A stretch of 64,000 nt of DNA from NCBI GenBank assembly GCA_946965045.2, contig OX337233.1, forward strand, positions 2,728,001 to 2,792,000. The letters run 5' to 3'. The notes beneath the pieces were generated by a model. That model was not told the DNA's origin, searched no databases, and was given only the letters and a program-made list of their open reading frames with translations. Shown one piece after another: positions 34,401 to 46,680 of this stretch (position 1 is its first letter; each line of letters begins with the position of its first letter). The DNA comes from Epithemia pelagica. Its lineage: Eukaryota > Protista > Bacillariophyta. The position numbers and the translations under genes are program-made.

Positions 34401-37400
34401 CAAATTGCATGGCATCATCAGCTACCTTATGGCGTGGACTATAAGTGACAACAGTTTTACATTCCAAAACCTGTGGATTCTAGAGTTGTTCTCACGCGGA
34501 ACAAATGGCGACAAATCTTATAGTACTTTAGCCTCAAGTCGAACAGGAACAAGTATACCATCAAAGTTGCCGAACCCAAATTGCATGGCATCATCAGCTA
34601 CCTTATGGCGTGGACTATAAGTGACAACAGTTTTACATTCCAAAACCTGTGGATTCTAGAGTTGTTCTCACGCGAAACAAATGGCAACAAATCTTGTAGT
34701 ACAATAGCCTCAAGTCCAACAGGAACAAGTATACCATCAAAGTTGCCGAACCCAAATTGTATTGCATTATCAGATACCTTATCATTATCAGATACCTTAT
34801 GGCGTGGACTATAAGTGACACCAGTTTGAAATTCCAAAACCTGTGGATTCTAGAGTTGTTCTCACGCGAAACAAATGGCGACAAATCTTATAGTACTTTA
34901 GCCTCAAGTCCAACAGGAACAAGTATACCATCAAAGTTGCCGAACCCAAATTGTATTGCATTATCAGATACCTTATCATTATCAGATACCTTATGGCGTG
35001 GACTATAAGTGACACCAGTTTCACATTCCAAAACCTGTGGATACTAGAGTTGTTCTCACGCGAAACAAATGGCGACAAATCTTATAGTACTTTAGCCTCA
35101 AGTCCAACAGGAACACGTATACCATCAAAGTTGCCGAACCCAAATTGCATTGCATTATCAGATACCTTATGGCGTGAACTATAAGTGACAACAGTTTCAC
35201 ATTCCAAAACCTGTGGATACTAGAGTTGTTCTTATGCGAAACAAATGGCGACAAATCTTGTAGTACAATAGCCTCAAGTCCAACAGGAACAAGTATACCA
35301 TCAAAGTTGCCGCACCCAAATTGTATTGCATTATCAGATACCTTATCATTATCAGATAATTTATGGCGTGGACTATAAGTGACACCAGTTTCACATTCCA
35401 AAACCTGTGAATACTAGAGTTGTTCTCACGCGGAACAAATGGCGACAAATCTTGTAGTACTTTAGCCTCAAGTCGAACAGGAACACGTATACCATCAAAG
35501 TTGCCGAACCCAAATTGCATTGCATTATCAGATATCGTATGGCGTGGAATATAAGTGACAACATTTTCTCTTTCCGAAACCTGTGGATACTAGAGTTGTT
35601 CTCACGCGAAACAAATGGCGACAAATCTTGTAGTACAATAGCCTCAAGTCCAACAGGAACAAGTATACCATCAAAGTTGCCGAACCCAAATTGCATGGCA
35701 TCATCAGCTACCTTATGGCGTGGACTATAAGTGACAACAGTTTTACATTCCAAAACCTGTGGATTCTAGAGTTGTTCTCACGCGAAACAAATGGCGACAA
35801 ATCTTATAGTACAATAGCCTCAAGTCCAACAGGAACAAGTATACCATCAAAGTTGCCGAACCCAAATTGTATTGCATTATCAGATACCTTATCATTATCA
35901 GATACCTTATGGCGTGGACTATAAGTGACACCAGTTTGAAATTCCAAAACCTGTGGATACTAGAGTTGTTCTCACGCGAAACAAATGGCGACAAATCTTA
36001 TAGTACTTTAGCCTCAAGTCCAACAGGAACAAGTATACCATCAAAGTTGCCGAACCCAAATTGTATTGCATTATCAGATACCTTATCATTATCAGATACC
36101 TTATGGCGTGGACTATAAGTGACACCAGTTTCACATTCCAAAACCTGTGGATACTAGAGTTGTTCTCACGCAAAACAAATGGCGACAAATCTTATAGTAC
36201 TTTAGCCTCAAGTCCAACAGGAACACGTATACCATCAAAGTTGCCGAACCCAAATTGCATTGCATTATCAGATACCGTATGGCGTGAACTATAAGTGACA
36301 ACAGTTTCACATTCCAAAACCTGTGGATACTAGAGTTGTTCTTACGCGAAACAAATGGCGACAAATCTTGTAGTACAATAGCCTCAAGTCCAACAGGAAC
36401 AAGTATACCATCAAAGTTGCCGCACCCAAATTGTATTGCATTATCAGATACCTTATCATTATCAGATACCTTATGGCGTGGACTATAAGTGACACCAGTT
36501 TCACATTCCAAAACCTGTGAATACTAGAGTTGTTCTCACGCGGAACAAATGGCGACAAATCTTGTAGTACTTTAGCCTCAAGTCGAACAGGAACACGTAT
36601 ACCATCAAAGTTGCCGAACCCAAATTGCATTGCATTATCAGATATCGTATGGCGTGGAATATAAGTGACAACATTTTCTCTTTCCGAAACCTGTGGATAC
36701 TAGAGTTGTTCTCACGCGAAACAAATGGCGACAAATCTTGTAGTACAATAGCCTCAAGTCCAACAGGAACAAGTATACCATCAAAGTTGCCGAACCCAAA
36801 TTGCATTGCATCATCAGCTACCTTATGGCGTGGACTATAAGTGACAACAGTTTTACATTCCAAACCCTGTGGATTCTAGAGTTGTTCTCACGCGAAACAA
36901 ATGGCGACAAATCTTGTAGTACTATAGCCTCAAGTCGAACAGGAACAAGTATACCATCAAAGTTGCCAAACCCAAATTGTATTGCATTATCAGATACCTT
37001 ATCATTATCAGATACCTTATGGCATGGACTATAAGTGACACCAGTTTCACATTCCAAAACCTGTGGATACTAGAGTTGTTCTCACGCGAAACAAATGGCA
37101 ACAAATCTTATAGTACTTTAGCCTCAAGTCGAACAGGAACACGTATACCATCAAAGTTGCCGAACCCAAATTGCATTGCATTATCAGATACCTTATGGCG
37201 TGGACTATAAGTGACACCAGTTTCACATTCCAAAACCTGTGAATACTAGAGTTGTTCTTACGCGAAACAAATGGCGACAAATCTTGTAGTACAATAGCCT
37301 CAAGTCCAACAGGAACAAGTATACCATCAAAGTTGCCGAACCCAAATTGCATTGCATTATCAGATACCGTATGGCGTGGACTATAAGTGACAACAGTTTC

Positions 37401-38499
37401 ACATTCCAAAACCCGTGGATACTAGAGTTGTTCTCACGCGGAACAAATGGCGACAAATCTTATAGTTCTATAGCCTCAAGTCGAACAGGAACACGTATAC
37501 CATCAAAGTTGCCGAACCCCAATTGCATTGCATTATCAAATACCTTATGGCATGGACTATAAGTGACACCATTTTCACATTCCAAAACCTGTGGATACTA
37601 GAGTTGTTCTCACGCGGAACAAATGGCGACAAATCTTATAGTACTTTAGCCTCAAGTCCAACAGGAACACGTATACCATCAAAGTTGCCGAACCCAAATT
37701 GCATTGCATTATCAGATACCTTATGGCGTGAACTATAAGTGACAACAGTTTCACATTCCAAAACCTGTGGATACTAGAGTTGTTCTTACGCGAAACAAAT
37801 GGCGACAAATCTTGTAGTACAATAGCCTCAAGTCCAACAGGAACAAGTATACCATCAAAGTTGCCGCACCCAAATTGTATTGCATTATCAGATACCTTAT
37901 CATTATCAGATACCTTATGGCGTGGACTATAAGTGACAACATTTTCACTTTCCAAAACCTTTGGATTCTAGTGTTGTTCTCACGCGAAACAAATGGCGAC
38001 AAATCTTATAGTACTATAGCCTCAAGTCGAACAGGAACAAGTATACCATCAAAGTTGCCGAACCCAAATTGCATTGCATTATCAAATACCTTATGGCGTG
38101 AACTATAAGTGACAACAGTTTCACATTCCAAAACCAGTGGATACTAGAGTTGTTCTCACGCGGAACAAATCGCGACAAATCTTGTAGTACAATAGCCTCA
38201 AGTCCAACAGGAACAAGTATACCATCAAAGTTGCCGCACCCAAATTGCATTGCATTATCAGATACCTTATGGCGTGGACTATAAGTGACACCATTTTCAC
38301 ATTCCAAAACCTGTGGATACTAGAGTTATTCTCACGCGAAACAAATGGCGACAAATCTTGTAGTACTATAGCCTCAAGTCGAACAGGAACAACTATACCA
38401 TCAAAGTTGCCGCACCCAAATTGCATTGCATCATCAGATATCGTATGGCGTGGAATATAAGTGACAACATTTTCTCTTTCCGAAACCTGTGGATACTAG
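31485..38499. repeat. Tandem satellite: ~38 monomers of 176 or 194 bp with higher-order repeats
   Basis: The CTATAAGTGAC anchor recurs every 176 or 194 bp from 31499 to 38457. The 194-bp form has an extra copy of CATTATCAGATACCTTAT. Identical or near-identical ORF-track translations recur at offsets of 2026 and 1110 bp. Confidence 0.97.
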
Positions 38500-39111
38500 A
38501 ATTCCATAACTACTCCCAGGAGTACAGAGCAAGTTCAGTTACACCGTCTCTCTTTATTCTCACTCCTAAGTAGTCTACATATTTCAGTACTTCTGGTTCG
38601 TTCAGTCACGGATTCCACTGCACAGATAACAGATACTGAACTTAGTCGACTCTTTACCGCGAAGCGGTCCAATTGGAAAGACATCGAGTCCAGGACCGAT
38701 CTATTTCTTTTGACGATAAGGACAGGTAGGTACTGCTTGCTAGAGGAGTAGGTATGGAGTTACTCCTACTACTCGTTGACTTACTCGTAGATGTCCCCTA
38801 ATCACCTCAACACACAAGCAAGAACGCGGACTCCTCTCCCTCTGTTGACATTCCATACTCCATAGTCCTCTTCAATAGTGCTAGATTCAAGTAGTTTGCC
38901 CCATCGCTCAGTTTCAACCTTTCAATTGTGGACAAGCTTGTTGTCCTGAGAAAAAGGAAGAAGTCCAGTGGACTATCCGTGACGGAACAATTCGGACACT
39001 TAATGACAGAAATAAACGCTAAAAGACTTCAGTTCGTAAAGGGTCAACGTTTTGACCAAATGCGTCATATAACGATTGTTTTCAGAATGTATATTCTAGG
39101 TACTGATAACA

Positions 39112-41556
39112 CTAAAAGTCGTCCCATCCGTCGTTCATGGAGTCCGCTGAAAGCTTCTGTACGACGGGTTTCGGTGTTGCCTTTTTGGCATTGGCAGCAT
39201 TTGAGTTTGGCACTCTGAGCTTTCCTGTTGTAGATTTGTTCGATCCCATGATGGCGGGCTTGGCAGGTGCCGCGAAAGCCGCTCCGAAGAAATCGTCGTC
39301 GTTCATTTTCATAGATGACATGGCATTTGTCACCGGTAGCGACGATCTAGTCTGAGGGGCAGGAACAGGAGAAGGCGCAGCAGAGAGATCATTGTCGTCT
39401 TCATCCCAGCCGTCATCGTCCCCCCAGCCGTCATCGTCACCAGCTTGGCTTTGAGAGACTGCGGGAATCTGCGGACGTTGCGAAGCCGCCGGAACGGGGA
39501 CTGGTTGGCTAGGCAAGCTAGGGGGAGGGAGAGGAGCTGGGGCAACAGTAGGCTTTTTCGTTGAAGACGACGTCATCCAAGAAGAGAAGTATCCGCCGCT
39601 TGACGGTGCTGGAGCAACTGGGGCAGGTGCTGTGGTTGCTGTTGGAGGAGATGTAGGGCGTCCAGAGACCGGAGGAAGAGTTTTGTGTGAGCTGCTATTC
39701 ATCGAGGTTCCAGATGATGGTACTGTGGGTTGTGGTATTTGATTCGTAGCACCTGCATTCTCCCCATTTTGAGGTAAGCGAGAGAGTCGTTCCGATTCTT
39801 GACGGAGGATGTAGAGCAACTCTTCGATGGCTGAAAAGGCTTCTTTCCTTACCCCAGCATCCGGATCAACACAGCAGGGCGTAACTGCTGGAAGGACCTT
39901 AGCTGCAACACCCTGAGCATCAAAAAATTGCTTGGCTTGAAGGGTGGACTGCAAGGCAGCAAGACGACAAGGCGTGAACGGGTCTTTCATGGCTCTAGTG
40001 AAGGCCGGCAGCAGCAACTTCTGTCTGGTCATTTCACTTAGATGGGGCGCCAACTTGGAAAAGAAATAAACTGTGTTAGTCCGAATCGCAGTTTCTTCGT
40101 CATTCTGCAACCTGACCAAATATCGACTTAGTTTCTCCAAGTTTGGTTGTGTGAGGTGAGGAACCAAACTAAGAGTGGCCTTGAGAGTCAACTCTCTCAG
40201 TGCTCCTGCAGAATCACTGAAACCGGAGCACATCGGTTCAAAGACCGATAAGTTTAGTGAGTTGTTGTCCAAGTGTTTAGCAAGTAAGGGAACCTTTTTC
40301 AGCAGCGACCCTCGAATACCACGATCATTTATTGAAAATAAGAGTGATATCATGGGAGTCAGTTCCTTTGCGAAATTATCACCAGCATAATGTTCGGCAA
40401 TATAGAACATGGGAGGAAGAATCATAAGGACTAGGGAAGCAATGAGTCAGAAACACGCTTGTGTACATAGTGGAGAAAGCAATTGCAAAGAGACGTCGAA
40501 AACGGTCGTACCTTCTTTTCGATATAGGTCTTGGGTTCGAATGGATTCCGATGAACAGATAGTTTGAACTGACGTCTTCATTAGCGGCAAAATCTTGAAC
40601 ACTGCCATATTCGGAGGGACAAGTTGTGCTTGTAAGGATGGCAAGAGGTTTTTCCAAAACTCTATTTTCGCTTCCACAGGTTGAACGGCAAATTCAAGCA
40701 GCTGCAATTGAGTCTTTTGGTACGGCGTGTCAAACAGGGGGCATTTCAGGAGAGGTTGCACACGCGGGCGCATTTTGACATTGGGTGTCTGTAAGCGTTG
40801 GACTGCCTTTTGCAAAGGGCCTGGAATATTGCCTCCGTAAAACTGCGGAATTAATACACCCAAAGAGAAAGCATCCATGTTGTGGGCAGTTCCGAGAGAC
40901 TGAATGGCATCCCATCGTTGCTCCACGCGTTCCGGCGATTGGTACTGACGAGGGGTAATTCGACTTCCAAAATCCAAAAAGACACGATGCAATCCCCCTG
41001 ATGCAGTGGCCACAGGCGTGACGAGTGAAAAATTCCAAAGCTTCACGTCTCCAGCTTTTGTCACAAAGAAAGAGGAAGGACTGACATTGCAATGACTTAG
41101 ACTGGCAGACGCATGTAAGAAGTGCAAGGCACGCACAATACCCTCCAGTCCCCACGCCAGTTCTTCTGGAGGTGGTCCGCTTCGCACCCAAGCGTCCAGC
41201 GTGATGCACGGCTCTGTTACGATAATCAAGTCACCCGTCGTTGCAGCTTGCGACGTGTTGGTAGAAGAGGAGGCAGCGGTACCAGCCTTGTCGCTTCCTC
41301 CATTGGGATCGTCCGTGTCCAGCGTGGCATGGACCGACAAAATATGAGGATGTCGAAGTTTCTTGCACTGAGTAAAATGATGAAGAGCGGGTTGCAGCAA
41401 ATTGGCCTTGACCAAAGCTGGTTTCTTGGCAACAAACACGCTCACCGCTGCACCATCACTCTTTTGTTGACCATCGTGCAGGGTCCAACCGTCACTGTCC
41501 AGCGAGGCGACTTGATTTCCAATAGAGTATGGCAACTGAGAGGCCGAGTTCCCCAT
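39112..41556 (-). CDS. SCYL1: SCY1-like pseudokinase with HEAT repeats; intron 40431-40511
   Basis: MGNS myristoylation-like start, KKLRHPHIL, degenerate kinase motifs, HEAT region (DRGIRGSLL, LRELTLK, IRTNT, DPF.P.R) and DDGWG/DGWDDF tail. Confidence 0.85.
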
Positions 41557-41989
41557 TTTCTACGAGCTCCTTTGTCTTATATTAAAGAGCAAACGACGAA
41601 GAAATGAAGCAGAATGGGAAGCAACGAATTTGGGGGGAGCAAGCGACGGCAAGCAACGGTCATTGCCCAACTTGGAGAAGTGCGCGGAAGGGGGGGGGGG
41701 GCGCGAGGGCGAAATGAAAACACTTCGATCGCGCGAGCATGCATGCCCCTCAAAAGAAAACAAAAGATCTGACGTTCGTTTCTTGTTCTTCGGGGATATG
41801 GTGTCAGTGTCACCCCCAAAATATACATCTTCTCTCCCATCTCCCATTACACTGGAGCAAACGCAACCAAGGTTGCCAATGAGGAAATCATGCCCCACAC
41901 CTGGCTTACAACAACGTCGAATCCACAACGATGATCACGCCGCAACTGAAGATCGTTGTACGGTGGCGGCAGCCGAATCACCGCAACCC

Positions 41990-42790
41990 ATGGTAGCTTC
42001 ATCTGCTCCGCTTTGTCGGTTCTACTTTCTACAGAATAGTTGTCGCTATGGTAACAATTGCTCCTATTCACATACGCTACCTGAAAATATGAGCTATGAA
42101 GAGGCGAGAAGCCAGATTCCTTGTCCTTACTATGCAAAGGGAGCATGCCGCTACGGTGATCATTGTCAGTTGCGCCACGATCCGAACGACCTGGTGGTGT
42201 CCACCAAGAGAGAAGCAAGTGTGGATGACACCTCCTCAGCCGTTTGTGGCATTTGCCTTGAAGATGTCAAGCAAGTCGGTCACAAGTTTGCGATTCTCAG
42301 CTGCTGCAAACATGTCTTCTGCTTCCAATGTCTCATGGAATGGCGCAAGGAAGGAACAGAGGAAGCAGAAGATCGTCGATCCTGTCCAACTTGTCGTAAG
42401 AAATCTGACTGGGTGATTCCTTCACCTATCATGCCCACAACGGACGCAGAAAAGGATCAAATTGCCACTCAATATAGAGAAAAGCTTGGTCGGATTCCAT
42501 GCAAACGATTCAATGGCAAGTTGGGATCTTGCCCATACGGCAGCGATTGCTTCTATGCTCACTTGTCGCCCAGCGGGCTTGATTGTAAACACGCTGACCG
42601 CTCCATGAAGCAGTTGTACGAGCAGCGTCGGCGGCATCGCAACCAGCGTCGACTGGAAAATGATATTGAAATGATATCTCGTGCCATGCTCTTGATGGAT
42701 TTGTACGCTTACCGAGGACTTAGCTACGAATTTGACTACTATGACAGCGATTTTGACAGCGACGATGAAGATGCATTCCCCTATTTTTAA
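41990..42790 (+). CDS. Makorin-type CCCH/RING E3 ubiquitin ligase
   Basis: Two CCCH fingers (CRFYFLQNSCRYGNNCSYSH; CPYYAKGACRYGDHCQLRH), RING CGICLE...CCKHVFCFQCLMEWR...CPTCR and a C-terminal CCCH. The start could be further upstream (ORF open from 41630). Confidence 0.85.
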   Translation: MVASSAPLCRFYFLQNSCRYGNNCSYSHTLPENMSYEEARSQIPCPYYAKGACRYGDHCQLRHDPNDLVVSTKREASVDDTSSAVCGICLEDVKQVGHKFAILSCCKHVFCFQCLMEWRKEGTEEAEDRRSCPTCRKKSDWVIPSPIMPTTDAEKDQIATQYREKLGRIPCKRFNGKLGSCPYGSDCFYAHLSPSGLDCKHADRSMKQLYEQRRRHRNQRRLENDIEMISRAMLLMDLYAYRGLSYEFDYYDSDFDSDDEDAFPYF

Positions 42791-43138
42791 CTCCCGCACA
42801 ACACCAGTTTTATTTAAAACCATTACGAGAATTTCTCACGTTAGGGCTGGGTTTTGTTCAATGGTCCTCTTGAGTTGATTTTGTTATTCCCATTTCGTGC
42901 ATCACATCCCTTGAACTACGGTGTGCCGGAACATGAAGAGTGCGGAGGCTTTTATAAACTTTTGTAGAATAGCACGATCGATGCTCAACCCAATATCTCA
43001 AGATTCGTTGCTCTATAATTGTATAAGCATGTAAAATCGCTAGTACATAATATTCATCACCATGCCAGTTATCTGTGGTCAATGTATAATACCCTTTTCC
43101 TTCAATCAAAGATCCAAACCCTGATTACTCCCTTTCGT

Positions 43139-43925
43139 CTAGCAACAGCTTGTTTTTGGAGTTCCATCTGTTGTGTCTCCGGCAGCCGAGAGATTGACAG
43201 TTCGATTGTCTACCGTACTGGCATTGTCCGTACTTGGAGCACCTTGGATGCCATTTTGACCACCCGTACTCTCGAATTCGTCAATTCGTTTGTGTTTAAT
43301 CGTTGTTGCTAATGCCGTGAACATTTTTTCAACGTTGTGACCGGTCAAGGCGGACGTCTCAAAGAATTGGACACCGTATTCGTCGGACAGTTGTTTGCCT
43401 TCTTCGTACGTGACAACTCTGTCATTGTCCAAATCTGACTTGTTGCCGCATAAAACAATGTCGCAGTCTGGGGGCGCTCGTGTTTTAATATCTCGCATCC
43501 AACCAATAACGTGGTCAAACGACGGTCTATTCGATATGTCATAGGTCAACACAAAGCCATCGGCTCTGCCAAAAAAGTTCGATGTAAGACTCCGAAATCG
43601 TTCTTGTCCAGCCGTGTCCCACAATTGCAATCGCATTGGAGCGCCTTCAATCTTTCGAAGTTACCCAAGTTAGAAACCCTTCAACCAGAATATTTTGCGA
43701 CACTTTCGAACTACTCCTAGGAATGCTTACCTTGACCATTTTGTCGCGGTAGTCTACCCCAATGGTTGTCACGAATTTTGTGGAAAAGACATTCTGGTCA
43801 AACCTCAGAACCAAGGATGTTTTCCCGCATGCCGAATCTCCTACCATCAACAGTCGTACTATGTAGGCTCCTTTGGCCCCCATCTGAAGGGGGCGGGGTT
43901 GTGCTGACTGGGAAGCATCCGCCAT
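43139..43925 (-). CDS. Rab8/RabE-like small GTPase; intron 43652-43730
   Basis: GDSACGKT, TIGVDY, LQLWDTAGQERFR, GNKSD, ETSA, C-terminal CC. Confidence 0.92.
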
Positions 43926-44334
43926 GGTGGTTGCGTTTTCGGTTTTCCGTCGTTGGGTTCCAAAACGAGACGGTAGAATAAGGATTTTAGAGTGCGCATG
44001 ACAGGACGCGTAAGTCGTGAACAGCACTCCTCAACCGTGTGTGACATGGAATATCAAAAAAGAATAATCTAATCATTCGTGTCGTAAACGCTCAGAATTG
44101 ACCGGCATACTTGCGTGCATGGACGGATACTTAGGCGATTGAAGCACGAGCACCAAAGACACGCCGAGTGGTGCAGTACCCCTAAAACAACGTAAAAAAG
44201 AGGGGGTACATCAGGAGAATTCTTTGATGGTCGTCAAGATCAGATTTCTTTAATCATTTTCAATGTTGAAACGTCTGAGGTGAGAGAGATTGATGGGCGG
44301 ACACAGCAAGGGGTAAAAAGATCTCGTCCAGACT

Positions 44335-46566
44335 ATGGCATGGCAAGAGAGTGGCCGAAGCAATGAATCCTCTCTTTTGAGTTTAGATTCGCCTTCCAGT
44401 CGGCAAGAGGCTGACGAGGACGAACTGGATGAGACTGAATCCTCTGCATCTCCGTCATCCTCAGATATTCCAAAAGCTCTCTTAACCAAGGTGGATACTC
44501 GGCACTTTTCCTTTGCTCAACATCAGGGGGACTCGTCTTCAAAGAATGAACCAAATACCAGTGCAGCATCGGCAGCCGCTGATGCAGAAGGTCCTAGCAC
44601 TTCTCACAATGTCCCTGCAGAACAAGAACGTCAACTTCTTTTGTTGATGCTTCTGGCACAGGTTTGTGCCTTGCATGATCCGACACCTCGCACATTTACT
44701 GTCCATGTCCTGGAACTGTTCGAACGTGGAATCTTGGATCGACAATCCATCGTTTTCCTGTTTGAACTTGGACTTGTACCATCTCTTTCGCCGTCCAAGC
44801 TCCAGCTTCCTTCTTCGTCCACCGATGCGGTTGAGGACGATGCCGAGAGAGACATGGCTTTAGCTCGAACAGGGTCCTATCCCAGCAACTTGATTTATGG
44901 TCAGAGAACCGTGGAGGCATCTGCTATTCGAGTCTCACTAGAGCAGCAGGAAAAGAGAAGCTTTCACAAGAGCCACTCGGAACCAGCAAAATCCGAGAGA
45001 CCCACCTCTTGGTCTGCCGAAAATCACCCCCTTTCTCTCTCTCGCTACCAACGCGAGTTTGTGCAGATTCGTCAGCTGTCTGCTGGGGCCTTTGGTCAGG
45101 TTTTTCATGCTACAAGCAACATGGACGGACGAGATTATGCGGTTAAGCGCATTCCCTTCTCTGCCACTGGTTATTCTCGAGAATCCGTCCAACAAGTTGT
45201 GCGTGAAGTACATTGTTTGGCCATGTGCGATCATGTTAATGTTGTGAGGTATTACACGAGCTGGTTGGAACCAAGTTGGATGACAGGATCGGGGACATCT
45301 AGCATGGTCGACACAGATCGTCATCCTATGTTGCTGAAAGATGCTAAGGAGACTAGTAACTCCGATGCATCCGATGATGAATCATCTGCCAGCGAAGAGT
45401 CGAAATCCAATCGACTTTTCAGGAGATGGTCATTTGATTCGTCGAACAGAAGCTGGAGTATCAATCACTCCAAGAAAGACTACAACAACAGTCATTTGTT
45501 GTCCAGAGATGACAGTGACATATTTGATCGATCTGATACTTACTCCATCAACCAAAAACAGTCCGCGGCGACGAGACAAAGACGAGATAAACAAGAAAGC
45601 TATCGCTACCAAATCTGTCTCTTCATTCAGATGCAACTGTGCCATTCATCAACGTTAGCTGATTGGATCCGAGAAAGAAACAATTCCACTCTTTATCCTA
45701 GAATATGCGACAGGATTGGTCCTGTTCTTGAGATCTTTCGTCAGTTAGCTCGGGGGCTTGACCATGTACACAGAAAAAACATTATCCATCGTGACTTGAA
45801 GCCAGCCAATGTATTTGCTACAGTTGACGGTGAGTTACAGTTCAAAATTGGTGATTTTGGTTTGTCGAAAAAGCTTGGACCATTGTCGAGCTCCAGTGGG
45901 GGTCATGGGGGTTTGTCTCTCTCATCTTCACAAGAGTGGGAAGAGCGGAGCCGGACGAATCCCCAACCGTGCCATTCACCATTTTCCCTTGATCCATTGA
46001 CTGCGGGAGTGGGGACTGCTTCCTATGCGTCGCCGGAACAAGCTTCGAGCAAAGTTTACGGAAAAGAGACTGATATATTCAGTCTCGGTCTTATCTTGTT
46101 AGAGATGGTTTGCTGTTTCGGAACGGAACATGAGCGATATCAAGTGTTTCAGGACTGTCGTTGTCGGAGAATTGTGCCGAAGGAGATCCATGAGGAAGTT
46201 CCTTCCTTGGCAAGAGTAATATTGTCCTGTACCGAGTCCAAAGCTTCCATGCGCCCTTCTGCCGAGCATCTTATTTCCTTCAATATCGATCATCCAAGAG
46301 ATTTGACCTCACACAGTGATATCAAGCTAGACAGAGACGACGAACTGAAGGCGCTAAGACAGCTACTTGTCGACAAAGACTCCAAAATCAGTGCACTGGA
46401 AAAGGAAATTCGCGACAAGGACCATGTCATTGCCGACTTGCGATCTGAAAATGGTCGTCTTCAACGATTACGAGCTGTGGGTGGAGTGTTCACCTACCCC
46501 ACTTCAGACACGATCGTTCATGATGATGAATGCTTGTCTAGCAGTAGCAGTGAAGAGGCGATGTAG
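44335..46566 (+). CDS. eIF2-alpha kinase family protein (HRI/PERK/GCN2-like catalytic domain)
   Basis: SRYQREF, GAFGQV, YAVKRI, HVNVVRYYTSW, kinase insert, LFIQMQLC, HRDLKPAN, KIGDFGL, GVGTASYASPEQ; C-terminal coiled coil. Confidence 0.88.
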   Translation: MAWQESGRSNESSLLSLDSPSSRQEADEDELDETESSASPSSSDIPKALLTKVDTRHFSFAQHQGDSSSKNEPNTSAASAAADAEGPSTSHNVPAEQERQLLLLMLLAQVCALHDPTPRTFTVHVLELFERGILDRQSIVFLFELGLVPSLSPSKLQLPSSSTDAVEDDAERDMALARTGSYPSNLIYGQRTVEASAIRVSLEQQEKRSFHKSHSEPAKSERPTSWSAENHPLSLSRYQREFVQIRQLSAGAFGQVFHATSNMDGRDYAVKRIPFSATGYSRESVQQVVREVHCLAMCDHVNVVRYYTSWLEPSWMTGSGTSSMVDTDRHPMLLKDAKETSNSDASDDESSASEESKSNRLFRRWSFDSSNRSWSINHSKKDYNNSHLLSRDDSDIFDRSDTYSINQKQSAATRQRRDKQESYRYQICLFIQMQLCHSSTLADWIRERNNSTLYPRICDRIGPVLEIFRQLARGLDHVHRKNIIHRDLKPANVFATVDGELQFKIGDFGLSKKLGPLSSSSGGHGGLSLSSSQEWEERSRTNPQPCHSPFSLDPLTAGVGTASYASPEQASSKVYGKETDIFSLGLILLEMVCCFGTEHERYQVFQDCRCRRIVPKEIHEEVPSLARVILSCTESKASMRPSAEHLISFNIDHPRDLTSHSDIKLDRDDELKALRQLLVDKDSKISALEKEIRDKDHVIADLRSENGRLQRLRAVGGVFTYPTSDTIVHDDECLSSSSSEEAM

Positions 46567-46680
46567 AGGTTTCACAAGAATGAACATGTTATTGGTACAA
46601 CAGAATAGCGGCGTATTTATTCTTCTATGAAATGCCCAAGCAAAACTCTAACCAACTTGTACACAAACAGCTGTTAGCTT

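Noticed and set aside
31487-38460. Dozens of 60-126 aa ORFs on both strands in the array; possible repeat protein or CRISPR-like array
   Set aside because: The monomer lengths (176/194) are not multiples of 3, so the frames break each unit. There are no unique spacers, so this is neither coding nor CRISPR.
13000-38520. Defining one giant Helitron spanning 13-38.5 kb
   Set aside because: It is plausible from the nesting, but I could not identify a 5' TC/T end or a 3' hairpin-CTRR terminus.
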